64,000 bases of DNA. Source: Octopus vulgaris (taxonomy: Eukaryota). The DNA lies in NCBI GenBank assembly GCA_951406725.2, contig OX597833.1:744001-808000 (forward strand), read 5' to 3'. Of this stretch, positions 12,703 through 26,014 are shown piece by piece. The notes under the pieces are model-generated. The model did no database searches. It worked only from the letters and a program-made list of their open reading frames with translations, and was not told the DNA's origin. Positions within the stretch are counted from its first letter, which is position 1, and each line of letters opens with the position of its first letter. Position numbers and translations under genes: made by a program.

Positions 12703-13963
12703 CAACCTCGTTTACATGATCCCTAGTAAGAGGTCATATTCGACTGACCCCAAACCAGTCGGAAAATAAAAGGACACCAGTAATGTAAACGTTTTTCTTT
12801 CAGTTCCCCCATAGCAACCGAACTTAGCAACACTCAATTAATCCACCCACCGCATATCCTATCTCCGTTGTTGTCTAAACAAACCCTCTCTAATTTCACC
12901 ATTTAATCTCCATTGCCCCCTTATCCTAGCTTAGTGCCAACCACATCCACATACCCAATATTTATTTATTTATTTATTTATTTATTTACTTACCTCTCTT
13001 TACTCTTTTTCTACTCTTTTTACTTGTTTCAGTCATTTGACTGCGGCCATGCTGGAGCACCGCCTTTAGTCGAGCAAATCGACCCCCGGGACTTATTCTT
13101 TTGTAAGCCCTAGTACTTATTCTATCGGTCTCTTTTGCCGAACCGCTAAGTGACGGGGACGTAAACACACCAGCATCGGTTGTCAAGCAATGCTAGGGAG
13201 ACAAACACAGACACACAAACACATACACACACATACATATATATATACATATATACAACAGGCTCCTTTCAGTTTCCGTCTACCAAATCCACTCACAAGG
13301 CATTGGTCGGCCTGGGGCTATAACAGAAGACACTTGCCCAAGATGCCACGCAGTGGGACTGAACCCGGAACCATGTGGTTGGTAAGCAAGCTACTTACCA
13401 AACAGCCACTCCTGCGTCTATAAATATATATATATATATACATATACACGACAGGCTTCTTTCAGTTTCCGTCTACCAAATCCACTCACAAGGCATTGGT
13501 CGGCCTGGGGCTATAGCAGAAGACACTTGCCCAAGATGCCACGCAGTGGGACTGAACCCGGAACCATGTGGTTGGTAAGCAAGCTACTTACCACACAGCC
13601 TCTCCTGCGCCTATCTGTATGTTTATTTGTTTGTTTGTTTATTCAGTGTAAGAATAGGTGAACAAAAGCGTCGTTGGTTACAGGTTTCTAGTGGACCACG
13701 ACTAATCACTGCTTTGGAGCATTTCCGATTGCAAGGATCGAAAGGGAGTGTCTGCGACTCGGAGCAGAGCAAATAGTGTAAAGGACTTCCTCCGAAGAGA
13801 ACGGGTTTTTCGGTTTTCTAATCACTGTTTACGCACCGCATATGTGCATGTGTATGTATGTTTACGCGCACACACACACACACACACACACACTCACATA
13901 CTCACACACATACACACATATATGTGTGTATATATGCATATGTAAATATATATATGCACATAC

Positions 13964-14013
<50 letters not shown>

Positions 14014-14030
14014 GTATGAATATATATATA

Positions 14031-14062
<32 letters not shown>

Positions 14063-14066
14063 CTGT

Positions 14067-14098
<32 letters not shown>

Positions 14099-14176
14099 GT
14101 ATATATAAGTATGTGTGTGTATCTATATCTTTACCTATCTATATATGTATATATGTACACATATGTATACATACAA

Positions 14177-14223
<47 letters not shown>

Positions 14224-14903
14224 GTATATATGCACACATATATGCATACATACATATACATATATATTCTCCCTCTCTCTATATATATAGTTAATGCAAA
14301 CATGAAAACATAAAGAGAAAACACAACAACGCGAGGACGTGGAACAAATATAGTATTATTGGACGCTTGGGAAAGAAGGAAAGAAGGGGGGTTTATATAT
14401 ATATATATGATGTCCTCTCCTGTCCAACGAATGTACAAATGAATTGTTAATAGCGGTCGTGCCGGCCATTAGCTCCCTCCCTCCCATCAAATCGACGTTA
14501 CCTGAACAGGTGCACGGTGTGTCACGCACCATTTACCGCAGAGCAATATCAAATGAAGCATTTTGTTCAAGAACACAACGCACCACCCGATCCTGGAAGT
14601 GAAACCACGACCTCGCAATCAACACCCTAACAATGCAACCTCATACATTCATACATACATACATACATACATACATAGGCGCAGGAGTGGCTGTGTGGTA
14701 AGTAGTTTGATTACCAACCTCATGGTTCTGGGTTCAGTTCCACTGCGTGGCACCTTGGGCAAGTGTCTTCTATTATAGCCTCGGGTCTACCAAAGCCTTG
14801 TGAGTGGATTTGGTAGACGGAAACTGAAAGAAGCCCATTGTATATATATATATATATATGTATATGTGTGTGTATGTATAGATATATATATAATAATATA
14901 AAT

Positions 14904-14956
<53 letters not shown>

Positions 14957-14983
14957 CATGTATGTGTATACGTTTGTGTGTAT

Positions 14984-15172
14984 ATAGGTTGGCGCATTAT
15001 TATTGCGGACTTTTTTTCTAATAAATTTTATTCAACAAAGACAATGACAACATTTAACAAAATCGTCTTTAAATGATTATTCCGGAGCATATTCACCATC
15101 TACTTCAATTTCTGTTTGGCGTTTTGTTAAAATTTGAAAAAAAGCCATAATAATTATGCACCAACCCTAATA
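14984..15172. mobile_element. Mariner-type MITE
   Basis: Imperfect TIRs taggttggcgcattattattgcgg / gccataataattatgcaccaacccta. Confidence 0.7.
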
Positions 15173-16648
15173 ATATTGGCTAGAAATTTTAAAATATACT
15201 CATGCGTGGACATGACTGTCTGGGTAAGAAATCTGTTTCTCAACCACATGATTCCAGATTCTACAATGCTGTGTTCTACTATAGCCCCGGGCAGACCAAA
15301 GTCTTAAATCTGGATTTAGTAGATGGAAACTGGAAGAAGCTCATCGTATCTGTGTGTGTGTGTGTGCGTGTATGTGTGTTTGTACCTCTCTTGCTTGACG
15401 TCACGAAATAGTTGTAAATGAGCTATTTCTTTACTACCCACAAGGGGCTAAACACAGAGAGGACAAACAAGGACAGACAAAGGGATTAAGTCGATTGCAT
15501 TGACACCAGTGCGCAACTGGTACTTAATTTATCAACCTCGAAAGGATGAAAGGCAAAGTCGACCTCGGCGGAATTTGAACTCAGAACGTAACGGCGTTAC
15601 GCCATATGAGTGGGGGAACGGTGTTATTTGCTTGCGATCTTCTATGAAAACATATTCAGTCATAGGGAGATATTTGCTTGCCTGGAAACATCTAAGGGTT
15701 GGTGATAGGAAAGGCATCCGGTCTTAGTAAATATGTCTCAATAAATTTCGTCTGACCCATGCAAGCATGGAGAGTCTTACTCTTTTACTTGTTTCAGTCA
15801 TTTGACTGTGGCCATGCTGGAGCACCTCCTTTAGTCGAGCAAATCGACCCGGGACTTATTCTTTTGTAAGCCCAGTACTTATTCTATCAGTCTCTTTTGC
15901 CGAACCGCTAAGTGACGGGGACGTAAACACACCAGCATCAGATGTCAAGCAATGCTAGGGGGACAAACACAGACAGAACAAACATATACACACATACATA
16001 TATATATATATATATACATATATATGACGGGCTTCTTTCAGTTTCTGTCTACCAAATCCACTCACAAGGCTTTGGTTGGCCCACGGCTATAGTAGAAGAC
16101 TATAGCCCACGATGCCACGCAGTGGGACTGAACCCGGAACCATGTGGTTGGTAAGCAAGCTACTTACCACACAAACGATGACGATAGCTTTGTAGTAAGA
16201 AATATCGCTCTGAAACAGTTAATGTACCAGTAATTAATCTGTATTTAGGGTTTTATTTCTACGTATAATTTCTCCTGGGAGATCTATCCCTCTGGTATTC
16301 TAATCTCTGGTGTAAGGGGCTCCTAGCAACCAACCATCAGTGTGCTTATGTTGTGTTGGGGGTCAAGGCATTACCAGATTAACTTTCTCGTTTGGAGCAG
16401 CAATTAATTGCACAACCATAGCTGACTGGCGTCAGAAATGACGAGTTAATGATGTTGTAGGCGTGCGTGCGCGCGAGTGCATGTGTCAGTGTGTGTGTGT
16501 GTATGTGTGTGTGTATGTGTGTGTGTGTGTATGTGTGTATGTCTGTCAGTGAATTTGTGTATCAGTGTATTTGTGTGCTTGTCTTTGAGTTTGAGTTCTC
16601 GTTTGCATGTCATTGTGTTTTGTGTACGTGTGCAAGTACATCTGCGAA

Positions 16649-16718
<70 letters not shown>

Positions 16719-16815
16719 AGTGTGTATATGGACATGCATATGCCGTGTAGTTATGAAGTTCAAATCTTAGGAAAGACGTCTGCTTCGATCCCTCTGCCTA
16801 GCATCGTAGGCAAAT

Positions 16816-17233
16816 ACCTATTTCTTTACTACCCACAAGGGGCTAAACACAGAGGGGACAAACAAGGACAGACAAATGGATTAAGTCGATTACATCGACC
16901 CCAGTGCGTAACTGGTACTTATCTAATCGACCCCGAAAGGAGGAAAGGCAAAGTCGACCTCTGCGGAATTTGAACTCAGAACCTAACGACAGACGAAATA
17001 TCTATTTCTTTACTACCCACAAGGGGCTAAACACAGAGGGGACAAACTAGGACAGACAAACGGATTAAGTCGATTACATCAACCCCAGTGCGTAACTAGT
17101 ATTTAATTTATCGACCCCGAAAGGATGAAAGGCAAAGTTGACCTCGGCGGAATTTGAACTCAGAACGTAGCGGCAGACGAAATACCGCAAAGCATTTAGC
17201 CCGGCGCACTAACGTTTCTGCCAGCTCGCCTCC
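16816..17233 (-). mobile_element. SINE-A dimer within a single 12-bp TSD
   Basis: taggcaaatacc at 16807-16818 and 17239-17250. Confidence 0.9.
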
Positions 17234-17499
17234 TTTCCTAGGCAAATACCCTTAAACAAAGTCCCGGGTAGATCAAAGTGACACTGGGCAACATATTATC
17301 TCATGTTGAGTGATAATAAAATGTCAGATTAGCGAAGACGATATGGAAAAATGGTGACGATAGAATGATGACTGATGGAGACGATAGAATGATGACTGAT
17401 GACTAATGTGGATTGATGGAATCCCTTCGAATGGATTATACTTGTGATAAATATTTATATATTACAATAAATAATACTTCGTTATATATTATATATATA

Positions 17500-17892
17500 T
17501 TTTTTTACTACCCACAAGGGGCTAAACACAGAGGGGACAAACACGGACAAACATAGGTATTAAGTCGATTATATTGACCCCAGTGCGTAACTGGTACTTA
17601 ATTTATCGACTCCGAAAGGATGAAAGGCAAAGTCGACCTCGGCAGAATTTGAACTCAAAACGTAACGACAGACGAATTACCTATTTCTTTATTACCCACA
17701 AAGGGCTAAACACAGAGGGGACAAACAAGGACAGACATAGGTATTAAGTTGATTACATCGACTCCAGTGCGTAACTGGTACTTAATTTATCGACCCCGAA
17801 AGGATGAAAGGCAAAGTCGACCTCGGCGGAATTTGAACTCAGAATGTAGCGGCAGACGAAATACGGCTACGCATTTCGCCTGGCGTGCTAAC
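17500..17892 (-). mobile_element. SINE-A dimer
   Basis: Head plus two bodies. Confidence 0.85.
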
Positions 17893-17939
17893 GATTCTGC
17901 CAGCTCGCCACCTATTATATATTATATATAATGAAGTAA

Positions 17940-18151
17940 TACGGTGTTGAAAAGTTCCTGGCTTTAAAATTATCGCGAAAGACATGGTTGGAGGGCCAAC
18001 CTTCCGAGTTCTTTTACAGGGCTTAAGAAAACCTGAAGGGCCGTTTCAATAAGTGTGTGAATCTGAGAGGAGGAATATGCTGAGTAAAATCATAATTAAT
18101 TGATCCCCCTATATTTTCTGTCACCCCAAATCAGGAACTTTTCAGCCCCTA
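17940..18151. mobile_element. Mariner-type MITE
   Basis: TIRs gttgaaaagttcctg / caggaacttttcagc with TA flanks. Confidence 0.7.
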
Positions 18152-18811
18152 CTTGTAATGATTATTTGTATTTAGGGTTTTATCGGTTCGTTTGAATTTC
18201 AAATCCCACTTAAGTGGGCTCACATTTTTATCGTTCTGTCCTCGGAGTGGCTGTGTGGTAAGTAGCTTGCTTACGAACCACATGGTTCCGGGTTCAGGCC
18301 CACTGCGTGGCACCTTGGGTAAGTATCTTCTACTATAGCCTCGGGCCAACCAAAACCTTGTGAGTGGATTTGGTAGACGGAAACTGAAGGAAGCCCGTCG
18401 TATATATGTATATATATATATATGTGTGTATGTGCGTGTTTGTGTGTGTGTGTTTGTCCTCCTAGCATCGCTTGACAACCGATGGTGGTGTGTATACGTC
18501 CCCGTAACTTAGCGGTTCGGCAAAAAGAGTCCGATAAAATAAGTACTAGACTTACAAAGAATAAGTCCTGGGGTCGATTTGATCGACTAAAGGCGGTGCT
18601 CCAGCATGGCCGCAGTCACATGACTGAAACAAGTAAATGAGTAAATAAGATAAAGAACAATTCAAGTGCTAGTTTTGATTTTGTGCTCTACCTCTTCTCA
18701 ACGCCATATTTCTATCCTTCTGCCACAATGTGGAAAATTGCTATCGAAATTTACCGAAGCTCCAAATTGCTTTACTCTTACTCTCATTGTTATTTCTTGC
18801 ATGTTTTTCAG

Positions 18812-19346
18812 GCATTTTCGCCGAGTTCCCCTTCAAAGGAAACTGAAAATAAATCCAAAATATTCAAAGGATCAGCGTTAGTGTCTGCTCTTCTGGATAT
18901 CGGCGATCAACGTTTTGCGACGCGTTCAGTTGCGTTGGATTTTGCGCGCCGTCTTTTTAGGCTGGGCCTTGTCAGGAGCATTTTCGGTGCCTGTAACTTT
19001 GAAGATTCAGTGCAGCTTTATACCTGGCACAATGGTGAGGATATCGAACGGGTCTCCAACACAAACCGGAATTGCCGTGGATGTTCAGAGTGTTTCCAGT
19101 GCAGATCCCGAGCTCGGTTTAATAAAGGGATGACCAAGAACCATCCAGCGTATTCTCGGTCGACAACGTCCCAGAACACAGACAATCAATATAGCAGAAA
19201 GCTACAGACCCCTTCGGACGATCGAATGAATGTTAACGCTCAGTTCGTCGAAGACGTTCGGAATAAATTACTAAGCATCGGAGGGGTTTCAAGTTCGAAT
19301 TCACCCACTGATAGCTGTGGAGACCCACACACCAAAGCATATTCAG
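18812..19346 (+). CDS. Exon A: DEP domain
   Basis: Acceptor tttttcag, donor ag|gtaaaa; phase 0 to 1. [12 protein letters not shown]...[36 protein letters not shown] fits the DEP consensus (FxGxxLVxWL...sReeAxxlgxxLlxxGli.....F.D...Y.F). Confidence 0.85.
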
Positions 19347-19589
19347 GTAAAACACTAATTTCTTCAAAATATTTACAATTCTCTTAGCTACACACACACA
19401 CACACACACACTCACACACACGCACGCACACACACACACACATGTGTATATATATATATATATCTGTATAAATATACATGCACTATATATATATATATAT
19501 GTACACTTATGTATGTATATATATATATATATATATGTCTGTCTGTATGTATGTATGTATATGCGTGTATGCACATATAAATGTGTATG

Positions 19590-19626
<37 letters not shown>

Positions 19627-22600
19627 TAAATAATTTTTTACCAGTGGCCAGCATGCGTAATACGAGTCAGAAGACAAATAGTTTATGAAACATACATGGA
19701 GAAAAAAACCACTACGTGGATTTCTTACATGTTGAAAATGGCGGTCAAAGTCTAAAACCACGAAAAGACATTCTTACATTAAAGCACATTAATTTGTACA
19801 TGAGCAAGACATTTGAGTGAATAAAGATTTTAGTTAAACTTTTGCCCATGAGTTTCACTAGTAATGATCCGCTCATACACTCCTCTTCATACACTCCTCT
19901 TCATACACTTCTCTCCATACACTCCTCTCCATACACTTTCTGAAACTTTGTGTAAGCCTCTGAGCCGGTATCGCCATGGCAGCTTCCTCTGTCATGGTCC
20001 ATGCGACGATCCAACGCTACACACGTTCCTTCCAGGCATTGCTGTAAACAGGGGAAGTGAGTTAGAATGTTAAAACTTAGTGTCTCTGCACAACAGAGTT
20101 TAAGGTCAAGTTTTACTGAGCGGCTTTACTCTGCGTGCTTTAGTTTCGTTACCATGACAACATTCCAGATACTTATTGTATGTATGCATATACATACACT
20201 CTCTCTCTCTCTCTCTCTCTCTTTCTCACACACACACACACACAGCTATTACATAACTTTATTCAATGTTACGAACGTTTCAAATAGCAAGCGAAACTGT
20301 TTCCTCAGAACACAATAGTTTGTATGCATAATCAATCAATTAATTAACAAAATAATTAGTCCTCATCCTTTCTCTTCATGCCTTAAAATTGTTGTGATAG
20401 AAGTTTCCTAGAAAAGATATTTGTGAAGGTGGACTGTGGATAACTGTCATATCAAATTACTCTCTTTTATTTATTATATTCTTGCCATGTTCACAGTCCT
20501 GTGAGGTCAAAATGCCAACAAGTTTAGGAGCGTGTTAATCCGTGAGAACAGAACAGAGGGAAACAACTACACAATATATTTTTTAGCTGCCCAAACTTTA
20601 TAAAGGTGATATTTTAAAGTCACTGGTAGAAGAGAGAATAGAGGAAAGTTCAACTGAGTATGCAATAAATGTGTGTAAATTTATAAGTCAGTTCAGTAAA
20701 TATTAGGTTAACAAAATTAAAAAGAAATTCAGTTAGGCGCAGAAGTGGTTGTGTGGTAAGTAGCTTGCTAACCAACCACTAGGTTCCGGGTTCAGTTCCA
20801 CTGCGTGGCATCTTGGGCAAGTGTCTTCTGCTATAGCCCAGGGCCAACCAAAGCCTTGTGAGTGGTAGACGGAAACTGAAAGAAGCCTGCCGTATATATG
20901 TATATATATATGTATGTGTGTGTGTATGTGTTTGTGTGTCTGTTTTTGTCCCCCTAGCATTGCTTGACAGCTGATGCTGGTGTGTTTACGTCCCCGTCAC
21001 TTAGCGGTTTGGCAAAAGAGACCGATAGAATAAGTACTGGGCTTACAAAGAATAAGTCCTGGGGTCGATTTGCTCGATCAACTAAAGGCGGTGCTCCAGC
21101 ATGGCCGCAGTCAAATGACTGAAACAAGTAAAAGAGTAAAGAGAGTTAAATAAAAATAAACTGAATTAAATTATGTGCAATTGTTGAATATTAGATAAAG
21201 ATTAAAAATTAGTTTCGAAAGGAGTATTTAGTATATTATATATAAACAAAGAAGGAGGGAGAATCTATATTAAGAGATTGTAAGCCTTAATCTTATTTAT
21301 ACTTATGTAAGTTAATTATGTATGAGGTTAATTATGTATGAGTTAATTATGTATGAGCAAAACATTTTACAAATGTTTTTCTCAGTAAGTGAGAACTGTG
21401 GATTAATAAGTCCTTAAATTTATTAATTTAGATGCATTTACAATAAATCATTTCCAGTGCCTCCGCTGATCTAAATTACAGTATTCATCGCATCCTCTGT
21501 AATGAATAGGACTAGCTATAAAAGACCACAAAATAGAGTAGTCTATCTTCTCCCCTCTTGAGGTGCAGATGAATTTAGCCAACAACGTGGAGCTTTCTTT
21601 TTTTGTATTTGAATAATTAATGTAGTTATATAATCTGGTCTTGGATTTTGAAGCAACAGCAACTATATAATAACAATCACACTCAGGTGTTTTGACCGAG
21701 CACATGTATATCAGATTAATCCTTAGGCAATGGTTATCCAACAAGCATTTTTCATGGTTTCACAGTTACATACTCTGTTAGGTACTTAGTCGTGAGAGTT
21801 CTAATTTATTCTTTCTGTGTTAATATTATATCTCAAAAGCGATATTATAATATTTCTCATTCTGCTAGAAAATCTCTTCATTAGCTAATAGTTTATATAT
21901 TCTAACAGGAATACTAGTAGCTATGGATTTAATCACAGCTCTTGGATAATTGGATTTTTTATTGATGTATTTGAGATTTTCATTGGGTTTATGGTTCGGA
22001 TGATAAAATCCAATACCAAGCTCCAGTGAGGTCCAATGTTACATGCAAAAATTTTGCTGCTTTGAAGTCTTGTTCTAAGGAGGTAGAAAATCTTAAATTT
22101 TAAAAAATAAAAAATAAAAAATGTTTCCCATTTAATTTTAATACTACGTTACTACTTTTATAAAATGTAAACAGAGCCCGTCTCTATAGTGATCAATCCT
22201 CATTTCTGGGAACTCCTTATTGATGCAGTGTAAGACGTAGATTCCTTCTAGAACTGTAGGTTGTGCCAAGTCGCTCAAATACATGATTAGGTCATCTTTT
22301 CTAGTCTCATACCACGATCTTGCAGTGGCAAGTGCAACCACGAGACCATGGGCCTTCACACAACAACAAAAAATAAACTAAAGAGAAATAAACAACAAAA
22401 GGCGCAGGAGTGGCTGTGTGGTAAGTAACTTGTTAACCAACCACATGGTTCCGGGTTCAGTCCCACTGCGTGGCATCTTGGGCAAGTGTCTTCTGCTATA
22501 GCCCCGGGTCGACCAATGCCTTGTGAGTGGATTTGGTAGACGGAAACTGAAAGAAGCCTGTCGTATATATGTATATATATGTATGTGTTTGTGTGTCTGT

Positions 22601-25600
22601 GTTTGTTCCCCTAGCATTGCTTGACAACCGATGCTGGTGTGATTACGTCCCCGTCACTTAGCGGTTCGGCAAAAAGAGACCGATAGAATAAGTACTGGGC
22701 TTACAAAAAGAATAAGTCCCAGGGTCGAGTTGCTCGACTAAAGGCGGTGCTCCAGCATGGCCGCAGTCAAATGACTGAAACAAGTAAAAGAGTAAAAGAG
22801 TAAACCCATCAATATTATTCCTTTTGTATTTTAATCTTTCCGAATTGTTTATTTTTTGTTTATTTTGAAAAAAATCCTTCTTTTATTCAATCATCAAGGT
22901 TTTCCATCGAATATTCTGTCTAATCCAAAAAGTATTTCCGTACAGCATACCAAAGATATACAACATTCAACTAAGCTGAAAGCAACACACACAACTCATT
23001 ATCCTTTAAGAGCGAAACTCAAAGACCGTTGCACGACAAATTCTATTAAAATGGACAGCGGTGTTAAAACAGACAAATATTTATCCGAGAAACATTTATT
23101 TCCTTTGGATTATAACACACCAATGAAAATCCCGCAAGAAATTCCAAAAAATTTGGAGACGCAGGTATGTTGCTTCTTCCATAATGTTTGAGGTTTTGCA
23201 TCACATCTCTAGATGTATGAAGTGTTGTGAAATAGAAATACACGAGACTGTACTATATGGAGTTGTGTGAGAGAGACAGAGGGATGACAAGAAAGGAATG
23301 AGTGAGAGGGGTACACACACATACATATATTAATGCATGTTTTTTTATGTCGTGGTATATTTGTGTCCAGTTTTATAACCGCTATAGTATCCGTTAAATT
23401 AAGTGTAGCAGAATAAGCAAACTTTACCGTATGTTTATTGACTATCTTTTTATATCTTCCAGATATGTTTATTGTATGTTTATTGACTATCTTTCTATAT
23501 CTTCAATTTTTTCCAATTTTATGTCGTAGTATACTCGTTTCCAATTTTGGCACAAAAAAAACCGAATTATAGAGAAAATATCTTCAAATCATACGTTAAT
23601 ATCTTTAAAAAAAGAATATATTGTAAAAGACTGGATGGTCACGAATGGAGTGCCTTCGATTAAAGACCTGGTCGATCAGTGTTGACCTGGAATTAAATAC
23701 CAGCTACAACATAGACATAATGTAGGTTAGAGAAGTTTGCATTTCTAGGTATGCATACTTTAATACTTTCAGGGGTTATCGCATGAGTTAAAGAGAAACT
23801 GATGGGTGCCAAGGAATGGATGCTTGAGTGAAGGTTATCTCTTTATGCAAATTTCTGGGTCATTCATTTCATATATATTTTTGTTACTGTCCTTGCTTTT
23901 ATATTTTCCCAATCTCTTCATAACTCGTCCATTTTACCGTTCTGCCAGGAAACCTCGTTTCTTTTTGCAATTGTCTTATTGTCTTGTTCGTGTTCGTCTT
24001 TCATATCGGCTCATTTCTACTCCAACAACCGACACCGCCAAATTAAACAATATTGTCGAAAAGTGGTGAAACTGTAATAATTTCTGGTTGATAAATGATA
24101 TTGGGGGTTGACTGTGTCCACATTGATTGTGAGATTTTTCCTCTTTTCCGTACGTTGGTTTGTCTTCATCCTTTCCTAGATTTTATTATTATGTTAAGTA
24201 GCTTGTTAGTCTCGAAGAGCAGCGGCCATCGAAGTAGCTGCAGAAGAGAAATGGAAAAGAAAGAGTATGTCTTTGTGCTTGTGATAACATTATTAACACA
24301 TTAATCTTGTGCAGCGAGGATCAGTTCCACCGTTTCTACTTTTAGACCGAACCTTTTGGGTGTTGAATATTGTCAGTCACCAAGGGACATAATCAACTGG
24401 TTAAGGTCAAACAACTGACAAGCAAGTCTGTGGTATTGAGCAGAATATTTGCTGTAGCCCATCTTTTATACCAAGACAAAACAATGTACATAATAACACT
24501 TCCAATCAGTTAAGATTAGAAGCCATGAAAAGATGGCGAGCTGGCAGAAACGTTAGCAAGCTGGGCGAAATGATTGGCGGTATTTCGTCTGCGTTACGTT
24601 GTGAGTTCAAATTCCGCCGAGGTCAACTTTGCCTTTCATCCTTTTGGGGTCGATAAATTAAATACCAGTTACGAACTGGGGTCGATGTAATTGACTTAAT
24701 ACCTATGTTTGTCCTTGTTCGTCCCCTCTGTGTTTAGCCCCTTGTGGGTAATAAAGAAATAGGTATTTGGTCCATCTTTAAGTTCAAACTCCGTGAAGGT
24801 CGACTTTGCCTTTCATCCTCTCGGGGTCAATAAAATAAATACCAGTTATGCACTTGGGTCAATGCAATCAACTATACCCCTCCCCCAAATTTCTGGCCTT
24901 GTGCCTTTAGTAGAATGGATTATTATTAATGTTGTTGATGGTGTTGTTGTTGTTGTTGTTGTTCTTCTTCTTCTTCTTCTTCTTGTGCTTCTTCTTCTTC
25001 TTCTTCTTCTTCTTCTTCTTCTTCTTCTTCTTCTTTTTCTTTTTCTTTTTCTTCTTCTTCTTCTTCTTCTTCTTCTTCTTCTTCTTCTTCTTCTTCTTCT
25101 TCTTCTTCTTCTTCTTCTTCTTCTTCTTCTTCTTCTTCTTTTTCTTCTTCTTCTTGTGCTTCTTCTTCTTCTTCTTCTTCTTCTTCTTTTTCTTTTTCTT
25201 TTTCTTCTTCTTCTTCTTCTTCTTCTTTCTTCTTCTTCTTCTTCTTCTTCTTCTTCTTCTTCTTCTTCTTGTGCTTCTTTTTCTTGTTGTTGTTGTTGTT
25301 GTTGTTCTTCTTCTTCTTCTTCTTCTTCTTCTTGTACTTGTTGTTGTTCTTCTTCTTGTACTTGTTCTTCTTCTTGTACTTGTTGTTGTTCTTCTTCTTG
25401 TACTTGTTGTTGTTGTTCTTCTTCCTTTTCTTCTTTTATTTATTTATTTATTTATTTCAGGTATTCCGTGCCTGTGTCGATGATTGTGAGTTAACGGCTT
25501 ACAAAAAACACAACATTTGCAACAACCACAGCATTCATGCTAACACCACGATCGCCAACGCAAATACTACCACCACCGCTACTACTACCACCACAACCAC

Positions 25601-25982
25601 CACCACCACCACTGCTTTCACAAACCATCCCCACCATCCCCACAATCCTCACCACAGTAAAAACAACGATCACAACAACAACAACAACAACAAAAATATT
25701 GGTAACAGCTGTTTCGAGGCTGTTATGAACGGCAACCAAAGTCAGAGTGGAATGAAAAACTGGGGATGTGCTGACCCCTGTTCTTCGTATTCGGACAACG
25801 AGAAGCAGCTGATGGAGGAGATGAACCGGATGAAGAGGGAACACCAGCGCGTGCTGCGGACTTACGAGGATCGAATCAGCAAACTCATGACGAAAATGCA
25901 TGAGCTGCACAACATTGCCGAGATGCTGGAGAACTCGAGTAACAAATCTGTTACCTACGGAGTACTTCCGGGAAAGGCTCTT

Positions 25983-26014
<32 letters not shown>

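Noticed and set aside
13647-13840. Unique island with acceptor-like sites; possible upstream exon
   Set aside because: No frame and donor combination giving phase 0 into exon A.
19950-20062. Possible cassette exon (gccATGg, gaa|gtgagt)
   Set aside because: No phase-1 acceptor; the ATG frame stops after 23 codons.
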